A DNA stretch of 64,000 nt from Paraspadella gotoi (taxonomy: Eukaryota > Animalia > Chaetognatha). Below, in pieces: positions 50,779 through 64,000 of the stretch (position 1 is its first letter; each line of letters opens with the position of its first letter). The notes under the pieces were generated by a model that was given only the letters and a program-made list of their open reading frames with translations, made no database searches and was not told the origin of the DNA. A program made the position numbers and the translations under genes. Location of the stretch: positions 22,631,486 to 22,695,485 of the forward strand of contig CM119267.1 in NCBI GenBank assembly GCA_051294375.1. Reading direction: 5' to 3'.

Positions 50779-51683
50779 CTCGTCCCTCTCAGCGACGCCG
50801 GGCGACGTCCGCCTAGAACCCGGGACCGGGCGCCCTCCTTTTCTCGAAGACCGACGCCGCGCGTACCTCTCCAAGCCTCGCAGCGGCGTCGCGCGCCGCG
50901 AAGGCACCGGCGTCGCCATGGTCTCCATAAACTCGCGATGCGCATGCGCGAAGTTGATGTGATAACGCTTCACGCAGGACAGCGACGGAAAATGATTTTT
51001 GGCGAAAGCGTAGACGTGGTTGAGAAATCCGGGAAAACGTGAGATCAAGTCCGACAGGAGGTCGTCCTCTGACGGGAAATGGCCGAAGGAAGAGGCGAGG
51101 GCGGATTCGTGGCCGTGGGTCTGTTGTTGGTATAGGAAAAGGTTGAATGAGGGAAGATGAAGGAAGGGAGAGAAAAGAGAAGAAAAGGGGCATGGAATTA
51201 AATGCTTTAACAGTTTAAACTTTAAACTCTTTATTCTTTTGCACGAGTACGGAGTTTTAAATTATGGGTCCCAATAGTGTAACCAATATATTCCTTCGTA
51301 AACAATTAGAAATGCTCAAAAACAAAAAATTGCGAACTTTAACAATCCAACTTGCGATAAAACAAAACTCAAATTTAAGCTTGTTGAGAAGCCCCTTAAA
51401 AAACGACATCGATTCCCCGAAACGTCCGTCATCTATCGGCACAATATTTTTTAAAAAATGCCAAAAACCTGCGTCAAAAAGTCTTTGGCGTAAAAGAGCA
51501 ACCCGGCGGCGGAGTCGTCGTAAAATTCGTCGTCACCGCTCGCTCGACAGTGCGAGTCTAATACGGAAGAGTCGACGGCCTGGCGCCAATCTTCATCCGG
51601 GGAGAAGAGGTGAAGCATGTAGCTTCGAATTCGGCGGCGACTGAGGGATCGAGGGAAGGATCGAGGAAGCAGTCCGAGATCTG

Positions 51684-51772
<89 letters not shown>

Positions 51773-54307
51773 GAAGAGGGTGGAAGACAGAGAAACAGAA
51801 GAGGTGGTAATCGATAATGCCTTTTATTTTTCCTCTCTCTCTCTCTCTTCTCTCTCTCTTTCTCTCTCTCTCTTTTCTCTCTCTCTCTGTCTCTTTTCCC
51901 ATAGATAGTGCGAGAGATGTAGGAAAATGAATTGCATAATACATAATGAGAGTTATGGAGAGAAAAAGAGAGTCACAGTAGACAGAGAGACGCAAAACCT
52001 GAATGATCGCGTGAATATGCGCCTCGGCGGACCCGAAAAGAGGATGTCCCTCCACTTCCTCCATGGTGACCCTCTTGGAGGCCTCCGCCTGCGTCAGCGT
52101 CCACACCAAGTTCCTCGCCAACTCTCCGCATTTCGAGGTGAGGAGTTTCGGTCGGACGCCGTCCTCGATGTTGCGTTGGGTCAGGCGGTTCGTGCGGCGA
52201 CGGCCTATGAAAGGTTTGGAGGATGACGAAGACGATTACAATGACGAGGATCTTAACAATGACGATAACGATTACGCTGACAAAGACAACAACGATGACG
52301 ATAAAAGTTACGAAAACGATAAAAACGACGAGAACAATGACAAAGAAAGAGAAAATGACAACAAGGATGACAACGAGAGTGAAAATGACCAAACGATTAT
52401 GATAGTAACAACGACCTTCGAAGGGATGTTCGCCCGAGAGGATCTCGTGAAGGACGATTCCAAAGGCGAAGACGTCGCTGAGAATGTACGAGGACGAGGA
52501 CATCTCCGTCGCCGACGAATCCATCATGAACAACTCGGGCGCCATGTAGAGGGGCGTGCCCTGGAGGGAGAAGATAACTGGACGGTAATTTAATACTTTA
52601 ATCTGGACGAATTACTAGCGTTAATCATAATGGAGTAATACAAAAATCACTATTCGGCGTTAAATTCGATGCTCTTCTGTTGAGCCTAAAGTCAAATCGC
52701 GATTTGTTTTTAATGACATCTGGTGCGGTTTCTAAAAAGCATAAAGAATTAAACAGACCAACAGATAGACAATCAGACTGTGACTGTCAATTCTACTAAT
52801 GGAAAAAAGTCCCTTGCTACCTGAATATTTAGCGGATATGCATAAATGTCCTTATATTGGCAAAAATATAAGCCCTATAAGTTCACTAAGTAATCTGCCG
52901 ATTCTTTACGATTGATTAATGATTAATTCTCAGTCTCTGTATGAATTATTCACGTTGAGCGTATTTGCAGGATCCCGGGATTCGTATCATTCAAAAAGAG
53001 AAAGCGAAAGATAAAGATTAACTAATTAACGATTTAATAATTGGTTTCCTTTCGTGACTGTATTTGTGATTATTTATATTACAGCGGCCCATGGTCTTCG
53101 GACCTGCATTCTGAAATAAAACAAATTACAAATTCTAACCTGCAGCAAATTCGTCTTGGTGGAAGTGCGACTCAAGTCGATGACTTTTGCGATCTCGAAA
53201 TCCGACAGTTTGAAAGTAATTTCGCCTCGCAAGTCCTCGTGGATGAGAATGTTTGCTGGCATTAAATAAATTAAAAAAAGCAAAATAAATAAATAAATCT
53301 ATAAATTATAAAATGGGAACGATCAATCTCTGAGATAAAAAATGACCCCATTCATCAAATCAATAACATCAATCAAAAACACCTAAGCTTGAAGTCACGA
53401 TGCACGATCTGGTGGATGCCGCTGTATCGTCCGTGGACGTACTTCAGCGACGCCGCCACGCGACCCACGATCTCCTTCCGGAGAAACCTGGACAAGACGC
53501 GCTTGGACAGCGCCGTCATCTCAGGGTCGCCCGGATCCGGCGACAAGACGTCGCTCATGGATCCGCTGCAGCGCTGCAGCACGATTATTATCTGGTTTCC
53601 GCGGTCGACGCAGCCATAGTATTTGACGACGTGCTCCGTCTCGCGAGTTCCTTACCATTTTAAAAGACGGGGTGAGTTTATCTTGATTCGTTTAAGTAAA
53701 CAAAGAAAAAAGTTTCGATACTGGAGAGATATAATTTTTATTAAAATTTTCAACTTTTCAACTTTTAAACTTTATTGCACTTTATGAAATTGTTACAAGT
53801 TACAACCTATATAAAAATTATCCAATCGTGAAATAGATAAACTATATTCCCTTTTATCATTTGGCCAATCTAGGTAAAAAAAAATAGAAATTAATTAACA
53901 TGCTTTGGTGTTAAAAATATTTTTCGCGCTAAAATGATTCACCTTATAAATCTGCGCCTCCTTAACGATCTGACTCCTCAGAAAGGCGTCCTGTCCGTAA
54001 GCGAACCACCTTCGCCGCCGCCTCCACGTCTCTCCCGCCGGCGTCGTCGCGCAACGAAGCGCCGCGTGGATGGTGGAGCCGCTGGCCACGCCCTGGCGGC
54101 GCCGGTCGAGACGCGAGTCAAAGTCGATGGAGACCTGAGCGGACGCAGAGGCAGAGGCGTAATATGAGGAGATTCAAACTTTGATATCAGTTAATCATTT
54201 TTTGGGTTTAGTTTTAGTAAAAATCATTAATTAACACAACGCTTATATTTAAAATAAAAAAGTAGTGTTCGCTAGTTTTTACTTGAGCTGCGAGAATTGA
54301 AGTCCAT
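50779..54307 (-). CDS. IRE1/RNase L-like protein kinase plus KEN-like domain, no luminal/TM region seen; several 1-nt frameshifts (assembly errors or pseudogene); start uncertain
   Basis: AAAKVV, IVKE, HVVKYYG, IVHRDFK, NILI..KLSDFEIAK, GTPLYMAPE, SDVFAFG..LSGEHPF, KRVTMEEVEGHPLF; KEN-like ISD..DWRQAVD..Y..SAAGLL..LISRFPGFLNHVY. Confidence 0.8.
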
Positions 54308-54589
54308 GTTTAGAAAGGTAAGTATTTTGTTCCTTCGTTAAAATGAAGGGTAAGCCTTTCGCCTTGTCTCAAAAATCCAAAGCAAAGCGGCCGTCCATGG
54401 CGACCATCTAAATCTATCGTTGTCGTTGCCGTCGTCGATATTTTTTCGTTGTCTCGTTGACTTGACTGACTCCATCTCTGTCAAGGTTGGCCATTCGTCG
54501 ATGAGTCAATGCGTAACTAAAATCAACATTAGTTTTAAAGAAGAGAATGAGGATGAGAGAGATGAAGACGAGAGAGAGCAGAGAGAGAG

Positions 54590-54632
<43 letters not shown>

Positions 54633-56628
54633 GAGAGGAGGAGAGAGAAGAAGAAATATATTTGAAAGACGCCATGAGATTTTGTTGGAGAGTTACGTTT
54701 AAATGATGTAAGAGAATGGATAAACGGAGTTAATTTTTTTTTTTCGTGTCAATTTTTTTTTGGAAGAAAAATAGAGATAACAATGATGACTATAACTACG
54801 GGATCAACATCGCAAACTTATTTTATAAGAGTAGACATTAATACTAATTTCATACTTAGTAGAAATTAATGCAAAAAATTCGGTTCCAAATTTCGTGTTA
54901 GGTTGCGACAGATAACGATTGATATGGGCTTGAGAAAATTGTTGTCTTTTGTTTACGTCTTCGAATCTCATAAAGAGTCGTTTTACTTTTCGAAAGATAT
55001 TTACGTTTGATTTAAAATACTGCAATATTCAAATTTATTTGCGGGAGGATTTAGTTTGAAAGAGATACAGGTGATTAATGAATTTTGAAAATCTATTAAA
55101 CTTCAAGAAACTCAAGAGCAAATAATGCCATGAACTAATGGAGATACAATAGAAAATTGTACTTCGGACATTGTTCATTTATTGAAACTTAGTCGCAGCA
55201 AAAGAATTCTCTCTGTTATCGTTTGATTTAGGTTAAATAAAAGACGTTCGTTTAGAAGGATATTACTTTGCCGTAAGCTTTAAATGTGTTACGTACATAA
55301 AATAACTTTTTTCCCCGTTTCCATCTGTAGCAGAGTGGTTCCTCTTTTTAACGCCCTCTTCGAAAATGTAAATAATAAAGTAAACTAATAAGACCCTCAT
55401 GTAAATGACCATACAATGTAAACTATAATAACCTTAATATCGATTACACAATACACCTAAATTATATTTCAGATAACATTTTTGAAATTTATCGTTTGAA
55501 AATTTGATCATAAACGAAAACGGAGTAAATTAATGTGGCACCTCGTAAAATCGGAATCTTTGACGTCTTTATTTTATTTTAATCTGCCGCCCTTATCTTC
55601 ATATCGAAAATTTAGTTTTTAAACTGACACCAAACGTGTTAATATCACGAGCAAATAAAGCTCCTAGAATCCAAATAAACTTCAATTGCTTTTATACGTA
55701 TTACTCTGGAAGCGACCACAATGGGTCAATGCCAGTCACTGAAAGAGAAAAACATTTTTGACCAATTTTTTGTTTACAACAGACATACTTGAAAAAAAAA
55801 TAGAGTAAGACAAATCTTCATTTTTATTTTATTACTGTACAGTGTACAATGCATTCTAATAAAGATAAACTTTTTACATCAAATGAAATCTCTTGTTCAA
55901 TAAAATTGATAAATACAATTTAGAATCACATCTCGGAGGCGGGGCCACTGGCTTTTTTTTTCTAACGACACCTTTCGACCCTTCGCTCTCAACGGGTCCG
56001 ACCTAAGACTTGAGGCTTAGCTTAATCGGGTCCAATTCTTCGGAGGGTAAATGAAGAAAAACGATTCGTCGGCCGGTTGTACTCTGATTCATCCGCCTTC
56101 TTTTCTTTTTCTGTTTTCTGTGCGCGGGGTGAAAAATGCCCCGAAAAGGGCGCGATGCAGCCGGGAGCACCTACTTATCGGCAGGGGATGGAAGGTCGTG
56201 TCTGTGTTCGTTGGGATTAAGACTAAATTAAACATAATAAAACTAAACGAGCAACGATTTTAGGGTGAAACCAAGACCTAATTTTGGTAGAGTTTTTTTT
56301 TTTATTGTCCCACTAGAAGTAAAACTTTGAATCTCGACATTTCAAAGGCGGCCCGGTTAAACCAAAGTTTCGCTCAAAGTAATTACTAAATAAAGTAAAT
56401 ATATATTTATATCGATGATCTTTACTCATCGAAAAACCGAAATTTCATTCAGAATAATTTTTTTTCCTTCTTTTAAATATGGTTCAGATAATTGAAAAAA
56501 ATGAAACCTCGTCAAAATTTATTAACATAAATGAGACATAAATTGAGCTCTGGGGAAAACTAATCGAGAGAGAAGGAAATTGTACCTCAGTTTGAACCCG
56601 AAATAAAGTTTTTTAAAAAATCCCTAAC

Positions 56629-56701
<73 letters not shown>

Positions 56702-56800
56702 GCTCTCTTTTACAGGATGACTAAAAGTAAAACTCTCTCACTCTCTCTCTCTCTCGTCATCGATTTCGGGAAATAAAAAAGAAGACCTAAAAACTTCTCA

Positions 56801-56852
<52 letters not shown>

Positions 56853-57005
56853 TGACGGGCGGTTTGGCGAGGACCGAGACGTGCGCCCATCGAACGCCGG
56901 GTCCATTGGCGTCGATTTAAGAGTCGATCATCGCGAATCGGACCGATGGCCACGCTGGCTCCTCCCACGCAAACGTCCATCGCTTCGTCAAACCAGGTAA
57001 AATGT

Positions 57006-57039
<34 letters not shown>

Positions 57040-58411
57040 CTCTCTCTCCTCGACCGAATTCCCTCTCCCGCGGCCGCAGTGACTTTGCAGCAGCCGCCGC
57101 CGCCGGCGACGCATTCCGAGGCAGCCGCGGGGGACAACGAGGGGGAAACAAGGCTCTTACTGCGTCGCCGCAGTCGGCGGCGGCGTTGTTGTTGTTGTTG
57201 TTGCCCGGTATGCATAAAGCTTTTTGACCAAAACGTTTAAAATTTTTTACTGTATTAAAAATTCATATATATTTTATGTACAATGTGACACACTGAAACC
57301 GTTTTAACTTTATAAACTTTTAAAAACGTTTATATAAAATAGCATTAATATTAATATCTTCTGAAAGCTATTGGAAATATAGAATATATATAAGAATATT
57401 GTAATATAAAAACTAGCTTAACCAGCTTTAATTTAATGAGGGTAATAAAAATTAAGATAGACTTTAAATAAAAAATAGCCAGGTAATAGCTCTCTTCGAA
57501 TTCGATCCCTACCAATACAAAACCATTTTGCTTGTTATTCTCCCCCCTACTCCAGCAGCGACGACAGCTGCTCAGGAGCGACGGCTGCTGTGGAATGACA
57601 GCTGCTGCGAAGCGGCGGGAGAAAGTCGAAGACGAAAAAAATAGAAGAGAATAAGAATGAGAAAAAAATTAAAGACGAATGAAAGGGGGGCGAAGGAGGG
57701 GGGGACAGGGGGGGACGATTTTGAAAGAGAATCGAATGCTTAAAAGGGGAAAAAAAAAGAAGGAAAGCGAATTCTATTCTTTCACATTTTTCGCTCTTAT
57801 TTTTTTCCGAGTTTTCGATCCACTCTCTCTCGTTCTATGGCGAATAGAGAAAAAGGTTCCATTTCTTTCTCTCTCTCTCTCTCTCTCTCGAAGGCCGACG
57901 AATCGCGAACACAACAATAGCCGGATTTCCTTCCATCATAATCTTCACCGCTCCCCCCATCAACACATTCCGCCCTCGGCGACCGTAGCTACCCCTAAGG
58001 AGAGGGATTAAGGACTATTTTTAGGAAGCGAACTTATTAAAAAGCTCGCTAATCTATCCCTTTCCAGTCCTCTTACAGTTTTAAGCCGGTCTTTCTTCTC
58101 CCCCGCTCCCTCTCTCTCTCGACGCCGCCGCCGCCGCCGCTCCCCCCCTTCCTCCTCAAGTTTGTGCGGCTGGATTCGATCTTTCGAGTCGTAGTATTAG
58201 TAATTTCTATTAAACGCTATAACCGGCACTCGTTCTCTCTCTCGTGCGTTCTTTCTCTCTCTCTATCACGCCATCCCTATCTTAGCTCTCTCTCTCTCTC
58301 TTTAGATCCTTACTCGTTACCCTATCTTTTCTCTCGATCATTTTCTTCGTTATTCAGCGCCACTACCACAACAATCGAGATCATTGCCATCACCGAAACA
58401 TCCTTCGTTGA

Positions 58412-58478
<67 letters not shown>

Positions 58479-58851
58479 AGCCTTCACATATTTCACGACG
58501 AAGAAGACGACGATGACGACGAATCGCTGGGCTCGACTTATCGGGGGTGTCTCCGCCGCCGCAGCCGAGCAGCAGCAGCAGTAGCCCTAGAAGAAGTTGT
58601 CGGTCCGTTCAGTAACGATCCAGAGAGAGAGAGAGAGAGAGAGAGATTTGGAATGTAGTTAAAAGATTGAGATAGAGAGGAAGAAAAATCGGTGAAGCGC
58701 AACAAGACGAAGAAGAGGGGAGTTATGATAAAGAAATATTTCGAGGACTCGGACGATCTCTCTCTCTCTCTCTTTTTTTTTCTTCTTTTTTTTTCCTTTT
58801 TTTTCCTTTTCCTTTCTTCTCCCTTTTCCTTTTTTTTCCTTTTTTATTTTT

Positions 58852-58882
<31 letters not shown>

Positions 58883-58928
58883 TCTTCTCTCTCTCTCGTA
58901 CTCACACAAACACTCGCCCTCGCCTGTT

Positions 58929-59018
<90 letters not shown>

Positions 59019-59186
59019 CTATCTCTCTCTCTCCCACGAAGTCGAGAGGGATTTTTCGTCGTAGTGTGCGCTGGTGAATTATTACGCTTTCATCGCTGGT
59101 TCTTATTCGAAAGGAGAGAAAGAAGGGGATGTGAAAAAAAAACTGGGTAATATTCTCTCTCTCTCTCTCTCTCTTCTCTCTCTTCT

Positions 59187-59228
<42 letters not shown>

Positions 59229-59876
59229 CCCGTTTCACTCTCATTCACTTTCTCTTCATAAACAGACGCCCATTCCTCGCTATTTTTTTTTCACCAAAAT
59301 TAATTTTCACAAAATTTTTGAAAAAAAATTAACCCCACCGAAAAAAGTCACTGAAACCATATTTTTTCTATTTTTTTTTCATATTTTCTCCATACTCGGG
59401 TTTTAATTTAAAGCTGGAAATTAAATTCAGACGTCACGACGGAGATTAATCCATCGAGAGCCATGGCGCGTCTCCTTCGCTGCCCCTCGTCTGCGACGTC
59501 CGATCATCCGAATCCTGATTCCGACTTCTCGTCCTCTTCGTCTTCGTCGTCGTCTTCGTCGTCGTCGTCGTTTTCTCTCGAGGGGGAAATAAAATATTTC
59601 CCTGGTTACATTTCCTCGTCGAACTAAAGCCCTTTCCAGAAAAAAAAAAGGAAAGCTAACGTCGCCTCTTCTTTTTCGATGTTCCCTTGAAAAGGATAAA
59701 AAGGAAAAGTCCTTGACGAAAAGAAAACAAGAAGACGCGCGGTTCGAAGGATGAAACGTCGTCGTCGACGGACGACGTTTTGACATCCGCCCACTCTTTT
59801 ATCGACAATCCCCCTATTACCGTTTTTTCTCTCGAGCGTCTCTCTTATCACTCGAGATCCCGCGTCGGCTGCGCCC

Positions 59877-61952
59877 ATGACCGAGTCGGGGTCGGCGCTC
59901 CAGGATCACGGAGGAGCCGTTCCGCCCTCGTGCCGCCTCGCCTCTCCATCGTCGTCGTCCTCTGCCGCCGCGGGATTAAATAATCATGAGACTTTGGAGC
60001 CTCCGACGACTTCAACGGCTCCTTCGTCGATCTGTCAATCTCGTCGCCGAGTTCCCGAGGACAAACCGCCGCTGAGTCCGCCAACCGTCGCCGTTTCGAC
60101 GTCGTCTTCACCGCGGGTCGCCGTGTCGTCAAGCTCCGCGGGCGCCGCGAAAACTAGACCGCCGATGGCGCCGTCGCCGTGCCAGCGTTCCGATGCCTCG
60201 GCGGACTGCGTGGAGCAACTCCACCGGATGCTGTTGGCGTTGGACGATCGGGGGAAGCGGTCTTCGTCGGAACCGCCGCCGCGAGGCCCGTCGGCCGCCG
60301 ATGAGGAATTAGACTCGCGATCGGCGAAGAAAATTCCCGTCTTTCAGGTAAATCTGACTTAAATGAAAAAAAAAGTGGTCGAATTAGTTTGTTAAAGGTT
60401 ACAAAAAAAGGTAAGCATTCTTATCTAATTATAGACAGTAATTAAACGACGGCAAAGATCACTTTTTCTCTCGTTTCCGATTCCTTTTTTTATTTCGGGG
60501 AGGCGGAGGTGAGATAGGTAAAAGAAAATAAAAGGTCAGACTCGAATTCCAGTGACTGAGTGCGAGAGAGCGGAGAAAAAAACTTTGGCTTTTTGACAAT
60601 TTTGATTCTTTAGCAGGAAAAGTAGTTACATTGATATACCTTCCTTTGAAACGCCTACACAGTAAAAAAAAAAAAGTAAGAACCCACGTCAAAAGAATAT
60701 ATATTCGAAGTTGGGAGTTCGATTAATTCGTTCGCGAAATGTTTTAAACTTTAAATTCGGCGGTAAGCGTGTGTCTGGCCTCGAGGAGTAATCATTTTCG
60801 GAGTTGTTTAAAATTGCCAGATCCGAGAACATGAGTTTTTTAAACTTTTTTTTAAAAAATTAACTAGAAGGGAAAACTGATGGGAAATGAGAAATGGCAC
60901 TTTACTCTATAACGTAAAACTTTTTTTTCATTTAACTGTTATTTCTACCGTTCTCAGTTGACGCCGCCTTCGACGCCGTTGGAACTCTCCCCACCTCCGA
61001 CCACGATGTCGGCGCCCGCATCAACTAAGTCTACCTCGTCTCCGGACGCCGAGGATCGTCAAAACTGTGACGTCGTTTCCTCCGGCGCCGGATCCCTCGG
61101 CTCCGCCTCAGTTCAACCCTCCCCGCCTCTGCCTTGTGAGGGCGCCTGCGGTCTTTCCCCGGACTCGCTCGATCAGCAACATCAGCAGCAATCCAACATG
61201 ATGGAGCACCTTCGCAACCTCATCCTGCTCATGGAGGAACTGAGCGCGTTGCGGCGGCAAAACAATCACCTCACGGAAAAAGTGGAGTACCTGGAAAACT
61301 CTCAGATGCTGCTCAGGTGCAAAGCGTCGATGCTTCAGGAAAACTGCAAGTGCCATAATCACTCTTTCGAGCTCGCCACGCTCAGCCGCAAGATGCAGCG
61401 TTCAAAGAAACTCAGCCGGAAATCCGGTTCGGACAAATCCTTGCACAAGGCAGGGCAATCGGTCGTGGACGGCGGCGCCCATGCGGTGGACCAAACGTCT
61501 TCGGGGATCACCAACCAAATCAAGGGAGCCACCATTTCCAAGTGGGGCAAGTTTTTTACCTCGAAAAAGCCCAAGGACCTCGCGGGCGGACACGCCCCTC
61601 CCTTGATCAGCGGACCCGTCAGCCCCGTGGATTATTTGGGCGGATTCAGCGGACCAGACGGAGGGTGGAATCAGTCGAACATTCCCGACAGTCACCTTCA
61701 AGCCCTCGGTCTGCCCACTTCCAGTACTCTTATTCCCACCAAAACTGTTCCTGTGATGCCTACTTCTATCGGGCTAGTTTCGAGGTGATTTCAAGTCTTG
61801 ATAGTTGTTGTTTGTTGTTAGTTAAAACCTAATTTATTCCGTTAGCCAAACGACTTGGAACAACCTTCCGACGCCTACCTCAACCGCCTCCCAGCAAACC
61901 GAGGATGCTGGTAATCCATCGCCAACACTCTCTACTAAAAGTGAACCGATTG
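59877..61952 (+). CDS. 5' exons (59877-60347, 60958-61784, 61846-61952) of an unidentified Ser/Pro-rich coiled-coil protein; continues downstream
   Basis: GC-rich open exons with phase-compatible GT-AG introns (phase 0, phase 2); heptad segment EHLRNLILLMEELSALRRQNNHLTEKVEYLENSQMLL. Confidence 0.75.
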
Positions 61953-64000
61953 GTAAGCAATAAAGGGAAAAAATGTGATTATTAACGCCGCGTTTTTTTG
62001 TAATCCTTGGTTTTTGAATCAGGGATGAATTTACTAGCTCGACCCCCTTGCATTCTTTAACATTTTGGTTAATCATTCTATTGTGTTCTTTCAATCTCTC
62101 ATAACCCTTTGGGCCTTTCTTAAATTTTTTCAATTATTTTTTACATATTCCACCACAAACAAAGATTTGTTTCTGTTAGCTTTTTAATTAGGTTTAGTAG
62201 AGAGCGAAGGAGAGATGCAGATGCTTGTTTTTCTAGTGGGAATTTCATAGCCGGGCGATTAAGACGAGCGTCCGAGATTGGTTGTTAAACCGCGATAAGA
62301 CCCGAATGTTTATGCTGGGGGAATGGGCCAAGAGTTGCTGAGAAACTATCTTATAATCTAAAATTTATTCGCTTTGAAACTTGAGGGGGGAGGGAAATTT
62401 AAAAAAAGAAACCTCTAGTGTTAGCGGCGGCTTTGGTCACGTTTACCAGGTTCTTTTTAACCTAGGATCTTCGTCACGTTTGCACCTCGCTTTAGGTACT
62501 TTTAACCAATGTTTATTTTTCAGTGCCGATTTTCTTCTTTTTCAATTACTTCGGCTGCCATGCCTATGGCTTAAGCACTAAGCCGACGCAGGTGGCCCGC
62601 CCGTTTCGCGGTTTTTTTTTTTTCTAAAATACGATAGAGACTGAGCGACGGAATCGCCGCGCTAATGTCGAGAGAAGAGAAAGGAAAGGGGCTGGGTCTC
62701 TGGTTCCTTTCCCTCGACTTTTCCGCCAGTAAAAACGCCAAAATATCAGCGGTTTAATATTCGATGAATTATCACAGACGGAAGTTACAAGAAAAAAAAA
62801 GTATAAAACTAGCGATATTATTAGGCCTGCGAAGACTTGCGAGAAGATAACTCGATCGAACTCGATCACGAAAATTAAATTTTCGAAACTGTCAGATTGT
62901 TCGGGCATGAAATATTTGGGAGAGAGAGAGACGAGGGGGGGGGGAAAGACCTTTTTTCTTCGATCGTTCCCAATCGAAAAGATCGTATCCTTGTTTTTTA
63001 ATAACATCCTGTATGATCTTTATTATTCAGCCTTAAGATTTAAAAGCGATTATGCAAATGGAGCAAATAAAGCGCTCCCAAAAGTTTTGGGGGTCTGGTT
63101 TTGGTGCTGTTTTCTTTCGTGATTTGGATATCTTTTTCCTGGCGAGAGTGGTCCCGAGGGTACCGTTTTAATATTTTCGTTATGCGGTTTCTATTCTAAA
63201 CAAACAGACTTGGATATTGTTCAAAACGGGATAAGCTGTTCAAACAGAGTAAGGAGCCGTTATCTGACCAGAGAATCGTCTCGTGACTGGGGACCGTGTT
63301 TGAGGTCTGGATCCCAGAAAGTCAAAGACTCGAACTCTGTTAATAATCCACCGTCCGTCATTTCGTCGCCCGTTTAGGTCACAGGAGGAGGGACAAACAA
63401 AGTCGTCTGGTCTTTCTCGTCTCGGGGGTCCAGCTCAATAACACCACGGGGGCGTTGGTAGTCGTCTTAAGCAAGAAGTCTTGACTCTTTGTGTGTGATA
63501 AAGTCTGCACCTAAAGAGTATTGTAAAAGTGGAAAACTGTTGCAAATTTAGTTTGGTTCCAATTCAGTTAATTAAGTTGACAAGTTTTTAAGTAATGAAG
63601 CAAGATTTACGTAAACAGAAGAATTTACGTTGTTCCTTTTCCTGCAGATCAGAAGAATGAAAACATAATTTTGTTCCTCCCCTGAAAAATCTTTATTAAT
63701 TATATATTAATATTTAAGCACTTTCTTACTCTAGCCTTGACTCTAGGCTTGAGTCTAGGTACATATTTATATATCATAAAAGAGGAACCAATGATATGAA
63801 AATTGCAAAATTACTTGTATAACTAAAGTTTTTTAGATTTTAAAATGCTTAATTATTTAATTAATTTAATTCTAATTTAATTAATACTGTTAATTTTTTT
63901 CCTTTTTAACCATATTTTAAGTTATAATATATCTAACTTCCGATCAAAACAAATTTTCTTTACACAGCATCTCATTCGGGATCCACGGGCGTGACTTCTT

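Larger units (their letters stand above)
23415..59225. repeat. Dense (AG)n/(CT)n microsatellites (e.g. 23795-23880, 27190-27250, 35730-35810, 43570-43643, 45546-45620, 51685-51765, 58930-59010)
   Basis: Directly visible; these produce the poly-ER and poly-SL spurious ORFs. Confidence 0.95.

Noticed and set aside
51560-51682. XBP1-like unconventional intron explaining the KEN frameshift
   Set aside because: No pair of CNGCNG stem-loops; other nearby frameshifts favour indel error or decay.

Overview
AT-rich, intron-containing eukaryotic (animal-like) draft sequence with six N gaps and probable single-base indel errors. Protein genes: (1) a ~22 kb minus-strand multi-exon gene for a concatenated four-repeat cyclic-nucleotide-gated channel-like (CNGK-like) protein running off the left edge; (2) a PPM1L/PP2C phosphatase with a U1 snRNA antisense in one intron; (3) an IRE1/RNase L-like kinase-KEN module that appears spliced in frame through a His-rich linker to a KLHDC-like Kelch propeller; (4) the 5' exons of an unknown coiled-coil gene. 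Introns hold a deleted Tc1 element, DINE-1/HINE-like elements, MITEs, Penelope-like hammerhead remnants and many satellites. The standout is a ~0.65 kb non-coding LTR mini-retroelement (two full copies, 12586-13238 and 15051-15668) with 4-bp TSDs, PBS and PPT, whose LTRs each carry a tRNA-derived Pol III-type cassette followed by a predicted type-P5 twister ribozyme: a candidate animal 'twister LTR retrozyme' predicted to yield a ~420-nt circular RNA. All calls are by eye; no searches were run.
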